Assembly (NCBI GenBank): GCA_042216675.1
Contig: JBDGTS010000022.1
Coordinates: 13,924 to 33,859, forward strand
DNA from: Halobacteriaceae archaeon
GTDB lineage: Archaea; Halobacteriota; Halobacteria; Halobacteriales; Halobacteriaceae
Direction of reading: 5' to 3'
DNA: 19,936 bases
Part shown: in pieces, positions 15,513-19,936 of the stretch
Numbering within the stretch: the stretch's first letter is position 1
Layout of the letters: every line of letters begins with the position of its first letter
Made by a program: the position numbers and the translations under genes
The notes under the pieces: generated by a model
What the model was told of the DNA's origin: nothing
Seen by the model: the letters and a program-made list of their open reading frames with translations, nothing else
Databases searched by the model: none

Positions 15513-16047
15513 GGTTTGTTTTGGATCGTAGCTTCCATATCGCACGGCCATCGGAAAAGAGGGCCGGGGAAACAGTTTAGCCGCGACCGCTACGTGACTA
15601 GCCCCGTCAGCCAAGGAGGTACTCTTCCACCCTCACCCGGCCGCGCCCCCGTTCTTTTCCGACGCCCGTGTTACCTCCCCCTCTAACGGCCACTCCCATA
15701 TACTTTCCTGTCGTTCGGGTGCGGTAAGAAGACCGACGCGCGTCAGACACGACGGCCCGGATGCCCCGCGTCGGGGCGTCCAGCCCCGAGTCGGCGCACG
15801 TCCTCCTGTCACTGCAGCACTTCGTGGGCATCGGGACCGCGCAGGCTGCGACCGGCCGCGAGCGGTCCCCTGTCGCACGGCACGGCCCTGCTGGCTCGGG
15901 CGTCACCCCGACTGCTGTGTGTTCGTGAGTACTGCCCTGCCGTCGGCCCGACTTCGGGAACGCCCCCCGAGCGCGACTGCGGGCCGTCCTCGGCCCGACC
16001 ATCGTCTCCCGCCTGCAGAGCGGACAGGGGTACCCGTCGGCGGACGG

Positions 16048-16728
16048 TCACGGCTCTTGTTCCGCGGGGCCGGCAGTCGGGCCGCCGATGTCGAGGGAGA
16101 ACTCCTCGTCTTCCGACACCTCGCTCGTCATCCCCGTCGTCATGATGAGGCGGAGGCCCTCTTTCACCGAGAGCCCACTCTCGTGGACGTGTTCCTCCGG
16201 AACCATCATGAGCGCCCCGCCGGTCGGGTTCGGCGCCGAGGGCGCGTACACGAAGAAAGCGTCTTGCTCCTCCATCTCCCGTAGTTTCTCCGGCGCGTCA
16301 CCGGTCACGAAGCCGAGGGAGTACACGCCCATCCGCGGGTACTCGACGATGACCACGTCCTCGAAGCGGGTCGACCGGTCGCTCAGCGAGGACGCCACCC
16401 CCCGGATGCCGCCGTAGACGGCGCGGAACAGCGGGATGAAGCTCACGAGACGGCCGATGCCCCCGAGCGTCCGCCGGCCGACGCTGAGTTGCGCGACGAG
16501 GCCGACGACGGTGATGAGGACGAGGATGCCCACGAGCGCCAACAACTGCGCCGCGAGTTCGATGTTCGCCGTGTAGGTGGCGAGTTGGGTCCCGCTCACG
16601 ATGGGGTCGACGACGCCGACGAGCCAGTCGAACGCGAACTTGAAGACGAACAGCGTCACCAGCAGGGGGCCGAGGATTATCAGTCCGCCGACGAAGCTGT
16701 CACGGACAATACTCTTGATGCGCTTCAT
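16048..16728 (-). CDS. DUF502 family membrane protein
   Basis: FVGGLIILGPLLVTLFV, IPLFRAVY, VIVEYPRMGVYSLGFVT, PSAPNPTGG and SVKEGLRLIMTTG; start ATG 16728. Confidence 0.9.
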   Translation of the reverse strand: MKRIKSIVRDSFVGGLIILGPLLVTLFVFKFAFDWLVGVVDPIVSGTQLATYTANIELAAQLLALVGILVLITVVGLVAQLSVGRRTLGGIGRLVSFIPLFRAVYGGIRGVASSLSDRSTRFEDVVIVEYPRMGVYSLGFVTGDAPEKLREMEEQDAFFVYAPSAPNPTGGALMMVPEEHVHESGLSVKEGLRLIMTTGMTSEVSEDEEFSLDIGGPTAGPAEQEP

Positions 16729-16811
16729 ACCCCGCGTACAGGGGGCGCCGGCAAAAGTGTACCCCGGCGGGCACAACATCTATGTCGACTGCTTCCGTAC
16801 GACCGCTCGTC

Positions 16812-16931
16812 ATGTCGGACTTCGAGACCTACACCTGCACGGAATGCGGTGCGGAGTTCCGCGCACACCCCTCCGCGAACGCCGCGGAGCGAGAACTGTG
16901 CAGTCCGGCGTGTGAGTCCGCGGCGCTCTGA
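16812..16931 (+). CDS. 39-aa zinc-finger microprotein (CxxC...CSxxC)
   Basis: Below the ORF-track cutoff. Translation: MSDFETYTCTECGAEFRAHPSANAAERELCSPACESAAL*. It is acidic, has four Cys in two pairs, follows a TATA-like ATCTAT about 28-33 nt upstream, and its stop abuts the guaB stop. Confidence 0.8.
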   Translation: MSDFETYTCTECGAEFRAHPSANAAERELCSPACESAAL

Positions 16932-18428
16932 TTACTCGCCGGGGCTGTAGTTGGGCGCCTCGTCCGTGATCATCACATCGTGGGGATGGCTCTCCTGTTG
17001 CCCGGCGCTGGAGACGCGCACGAAGCGCGCCTGCTCCTTGAACTCGGGAATCGTCGGGGCGCCGACGTAGCCCATCCCCGACTGGATGCCGCCGACGAGC
17101 TGGTGCAGTTCGGAGGCGAGACTCCCCTTGTACGGCGTCGCGGCCTCGACGCCCTCGGGGACGAACTCCTCGTCCTCCTCTTCTTCCTTGAGGTAGCGCT
17201 CGCCGCCGCCGGACTGCATCGCGCCGACGGAGCCCATGCCGCGGTACTGCTTGTACTTCTTGCCGTTCATCGTGATGACGCGGCCCGGTGCCTCGTCGGT
17301 GCCGGCGAAGTAGGAGCCGAGCATCACCGCGTCCGCGCCGGCCGCGATGGCCTTCGCGGCGTCGCCGGAGTAGCGGATGCCGCCGTCAGCGATGACCGGC
17401 ACGTCGTGCTTGGAGGCCACGTCCGCGACCTCGGAGACGGCGGTGATCTGGGGCATCCCGGCGCCGGTGACGACGCGCGTCGTGCAGATGGAGCCGGGAC
17501 CGATGCCCACCTTCACGCCGTCGGCGAAGTCGACGACTTCCTGTGCGGCTTCGCGGGTGCCGATGTTGCCGACGACGACGTCCGCGTCCACGTCCGCCTT
17601 GATTTCGCGGGCGCTGTCGATGACGTTCATGTTGTGCGCGTGAGCGGTGTCGATGAAGAGGACGTCGGCGCCCTCCTCGTCGGCGGCGAGTGCGCGTTCC
17701 GTGTCGAAGGGGCCGACGGCGACGCCGACGCGCAGGCGCCCGTTCTCGTCGCGGGCGGCGCTCTCGTGTTCGCGGCGGTTGAGGATGCCCTGCATCGTCA
17801 CGAGGCCGACGAGTCGGTCGTCCTCGGCCACGATGGGGACGCGCTCGATCTTGTGCTCGTACATCAGTTCGAGGGCGTCGCGCGCCGTCACGTCCTCGGG
17901 TGCGGTGATGACTTCGTCCGTCATCGCCTCCTGCACGGTGTCGCGTTCGCCGACTTCGAGGTACGGGCGGATGTCCGTGCCGGAGATGATGCCCAACACG
18001 CGGTCGTCCTCGTCGACGACGGGCGCGCCGGAGACGCCCTGTCGCTCCATCATCTCGTCGACGTCCTGCACCGTCTGCTCGGGGCTCGCGGTCACCACGT
18101 CCTCCCGGCGGATGACCAGTTCGTCGGCCCGCTTGACGCGGGCGATTTCGGCCCGCATCTCCGCGGTGTCCATGTTCTGGTGGAGGACGCCGATGCCACC
18201 CTCGCGGGCCATCGCGATGGCGAGGTCGCCCTCCGTCACGGTGTCCATCGCGGCGCTCAACACGGGGACGTTGAGCGAGACGTTCGTCGAGACTTTCGTG
18301 CTCACGTCCGCTTCGTCGGGTTCGACGCGGCTCTCAGCCGGTCGGAGCAACACGTCGTCGAAGGTGAGCGCTTCCGGTACTCGCAGTTTCTCCGAGAAAG
18401 GACCGCCGTCGCGCGAGTCGTTCGCCAT
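16932..18428 (-). CDS. guaB: Inosine-5'-monophosphate dehydrogenase (with CBS pair)
   Basis: [16 protein letters not shown], two CBS domains, catalytic [24 protein letters not shown] and VPEGVE; start ATG 18428. Confidence 0.97.
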   Translation of the reverse strand: MANDSRDGGPFSEKLRVPEALTFDDVLLRPAESRVEPDEADVSTKVSTNVSLNVPVLSAAMDTVTEGDLAIAMAREGGIGVLHQNMDTAEMRAEIARVKRADELVIRREDVVTASPEQTVQDVDEMMERQGVSGAPVVDEDDRVLGIISGTDIRPYLEVGERDTVQEAMTDEVITAPEDVTARDALELMYEHKIERVPIVAEDDRLVGLVTMQGILNRREHESAARDENGRLRVGVAVGPFDTERALAADEEGADVLFIDTAHAHNMNVIDSAREIKADVDADVVVGNIGTREAAQEVVDFADGVKVGIGPGSICTTRVVTGAGMPQITAVSEVADVASKHDVPVIADGGIRYSGDAAKAIAAGADAVMLGSYFAGTDEAPGRVITMNGKKYKQYRGMGSVGAMQSGGGERYLKEEEEDEEFVPEGVEAATPYKGSLASELHQLVGGIQSGMGYVGAPTIPEFKEQARFVRVSSAGQQESHPHDVMITDEAPNYSPGE

Positions 18429-18683
18429 GTAAACCGCACGGAGGGCCACATCAAAAGCGTTGCGAGAGGGGCACGCCCCGGCCCGTGCGGACACGTCCCA
18501 CGCAACGCTTATCGGGATTCCTCACGATTCTTCAGGTATGCGCTCCGCAGACATCTCTCGGTCACGAATCGCCCCCGACAGCGCCGTCACGGGGCCGACG
18601 TTCGCCGGGACAGCGGAGCAGTTCGACGCGCGGCGGTCACGTTCGCAGGGTGCGTCCGGACGGCGGCGCCGTGACAGAGGACT

Positions 18684-19421
18684 GTGAGCAAGGACGCCGC
18701 ACCCGCGCAGTCGCTCGCGGTGGTGATGGGGCTCCCCTTAGCCGACGGCGTGTTCGCGACGCTCGTCCTCGCCGGGACGCTCGACACCGCCGTCGGCGTC
18801 GTACAGACGGGTCTCCTTGTGTTCGGCGGCGCCGCGACGGCGGCGCTTCTGCTCGCCTCCGACCGGTCTCGGCCCGCGGACGGACGTCGTCTCCTCCGCA
18901 TCGGCGTTCCCCTCGTCACCGTCGCCGCGGCGGAAGCGGCCCTCGCGGGCACGTTCGTCTCCGTCGTCGACACCGCGACGTTCCGGCCCTTCGCCGGTCT
19001 CGTGTTGGTCGCCGTGGCCGCGCGCGTCGCGAGCGCTCACGTGACCCGCTACCTCCCGGGGCCGGGTATCGTCGTCGCCGTCGGCGCGGTGCTGAGTTTC
19101 GACCCCAACGGCCCCGTCGCGATTGCGCCCGACGCGACGGCCGCTCTCCACGCCGTCGCCGCGGCGGGTATCGGCGTCGCGTTCGGTCTCGGCGTCGTGG
19201 CCGCGCGTCCGCACCTCCGACGCATCCTCGACGCCGAGCGCTTCCGCTTCGGGAGCGCCGTCGCTCTCGGGACGATGGGGGCCTCCGTGGCCGGACTGGT
19301 CCCCTCCGGGTCGCCACTCCCCCTCGTCGCGTTGGCGCTGGCGGCCGTCCTTGCTTTCGACCCGAACCGCGAAGACGTGGACGCCGGCACCGACAGTGGC
19401 GAAGACGCGCCGACCCGGTGA
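18684..19421 (+). CDS. DUF5794 family membrane protein
   Basis: Hydrophobic 245-aa protein with LAVVMGLPLADGVFATLVLAG, GLLVFGG and RFRFGSAVALG. Its position between guaB and DUF5795 matches the usual haloarchaeal context. The start is uncertain. Confidence 0.75.
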   Translation: MSKDAAPAQSLAVVMGLPLADGVFATLVLAGTLDTAVGVVQTGLLVFGGAATAALLLASDRSRPADGRRLLRIGVPLVTVAAAEAALAGTFVSVVDTATFRPFAGLVLVAVAARVASAHVTRYLPGPGIVVAVGAVLSFDPNGPVAIAPDATAALHAVAAAGIGVAFGLGVVAARPHLRRILDAERFRFGSAVALGTMGASVAGLVPSGSPLPLVALALAAVLAFDPNREDVDAGTDSGEDAPTR

Positions 19422-19460
19422 CCAGCAGTTTTATCGCCGCGTGGCCCCGAGCGCCCGGTC

Positions 19461-19688
19461 ATGGCTGACAACCGCGTCGTGCAGGGTCGGATGGTGACGC
19501 CCGGGAAACTCGCGGCGATGATCGAAGGTGAGTCCGTGATGGAGGCCGAGGCCATCGAGGAGGCCGACCGGGACTGCCCGGCGTGTGGCGGCGGCGTGCT
19601 GAAGGTGGGCTACATGCCCACCGTCACCGAGTTCGTCACCGGCTACAAGTGCCAAGACTGCGACTGGAGCGACACCGACCGCGACTGA
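19461..19688 (+). CDS. DUF5795 family small CPxCG-type zinc-finger protein
   Basis: 75 aa MADNRVVQGRMVT...DCPACGG...VGYMP...YKCQDCDW; TATA TTTTAT at 19429-19434. Confidence 0.85.
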   Translation: MADNRVVQGRMVTPGKLAAMIEGESVMEAEAIEEADRDCPACGGGVLKVGYMPTVTEFVTGYKCQDCDWSDTDRD

Positions 19689-19733
19689 GGAATCGAAAAC
19701 CCCTTTACACACCGTCGATGTATGGAAAGACAC

Positions 19734-19907
19734 GGGGCTGTGGCCAAGCCAGGAATGGCGACTGACTCCAGAGGCTACAGCGCCAGGGACGAGGGACTGA
19801 TATACCGAGCGGACGGCTGATCACCGGCCGCGTTGACGACCCTCTGGAGTCCCGAGGCGCTCACCGGAGATATCAGTCGATCGGGGGTTCAAATCCCTCC
19901 GGCCCCA
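19734..19907 (+). tRNA. tRNA-Trp (anticodon CCA) with a 100-nt intron at 37/38 (19772-19871)
   Basis: Acceptor GGGGCTG/CGGCCCC-A, anticodon arm ACTGA-CT-CCA-G|intron|A-TCAGT, T loop GGTTCAAATCC. TATA-like TTTACA at 19704-19709. Confidence 0.96.
19772..19871 (+). ncRNA. Intron-encoded box C/D guide RNA directing 2'-O-methylation of C34 and U39 of pre-tRNA-Trp
   Basis: C box GGGACGA 19786-19792, D' CCGA 19805-19808, C' TTGACGA 19833-19839, D CCGA 19852-19855. Guide CCTCTGGAGT pairs with 19765-19774 and guide GACTGATA pairs with 19871-19878. The N+5 rule lands on C34 (19768) and U39 (19873). Confidence 0.9.
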
Positions 19908-19936
19908 TCTCCACCTTAATTTTACCTTATTACTGC

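Overview
High-GC (~69%) haloarchaeal (Halobacteria) chromosomal window, inferred from acidic proteins, leaderless genes behind TATA-like boxes, CCA-less tRNA genes and an intron-containing tRNA-Trp. Most of it is core genome. From left to right: a truncated dolichyl-phosphate hexosyltransferase (GT2), an FbpC/PotA-type ABC ATPase, a thiolase-fold protein with a DUF35 partner, a degenerate RecA/KaiC-like protein, bacterial-type gap-pgk, a ZIP metal transporter, a DUF1998 (Hrq1/MrfA-type) helicase, a PAS histidine kinase, a PLP aminotransferase, a PRC-barrel CdpB-type protein, an RCK-DHH protein, tRNA-Lys(CTT), a type IV pilin, DUF502, a 39-aa zinc-finger microprotein, guaB, DUF5794/DUF5795 and tRNA-Trp(CCA) with a C/D-box intron. 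Four things stand out. (i) The ~1.4 kb variable zone after tRNA-Lys holds a triplicated (direct/inverted/direct) tRNA 3' end joined by two copies of a GARCGRAGYGA hairpin loop, an apparent decayed pleolipovirus VP3-like gene, and a pilin with a low-GC variable domain. (ii) The thiolase-fold protein lacks both canonical catalytic cysteines. (iii) A TTTAGGCnnGCCAAAAA palindrome lies upstream of both metal-transport genes. (iv) The DHH protein has GHH in place of DHH. All family calls come from motif recognition by eye; no database search was run.
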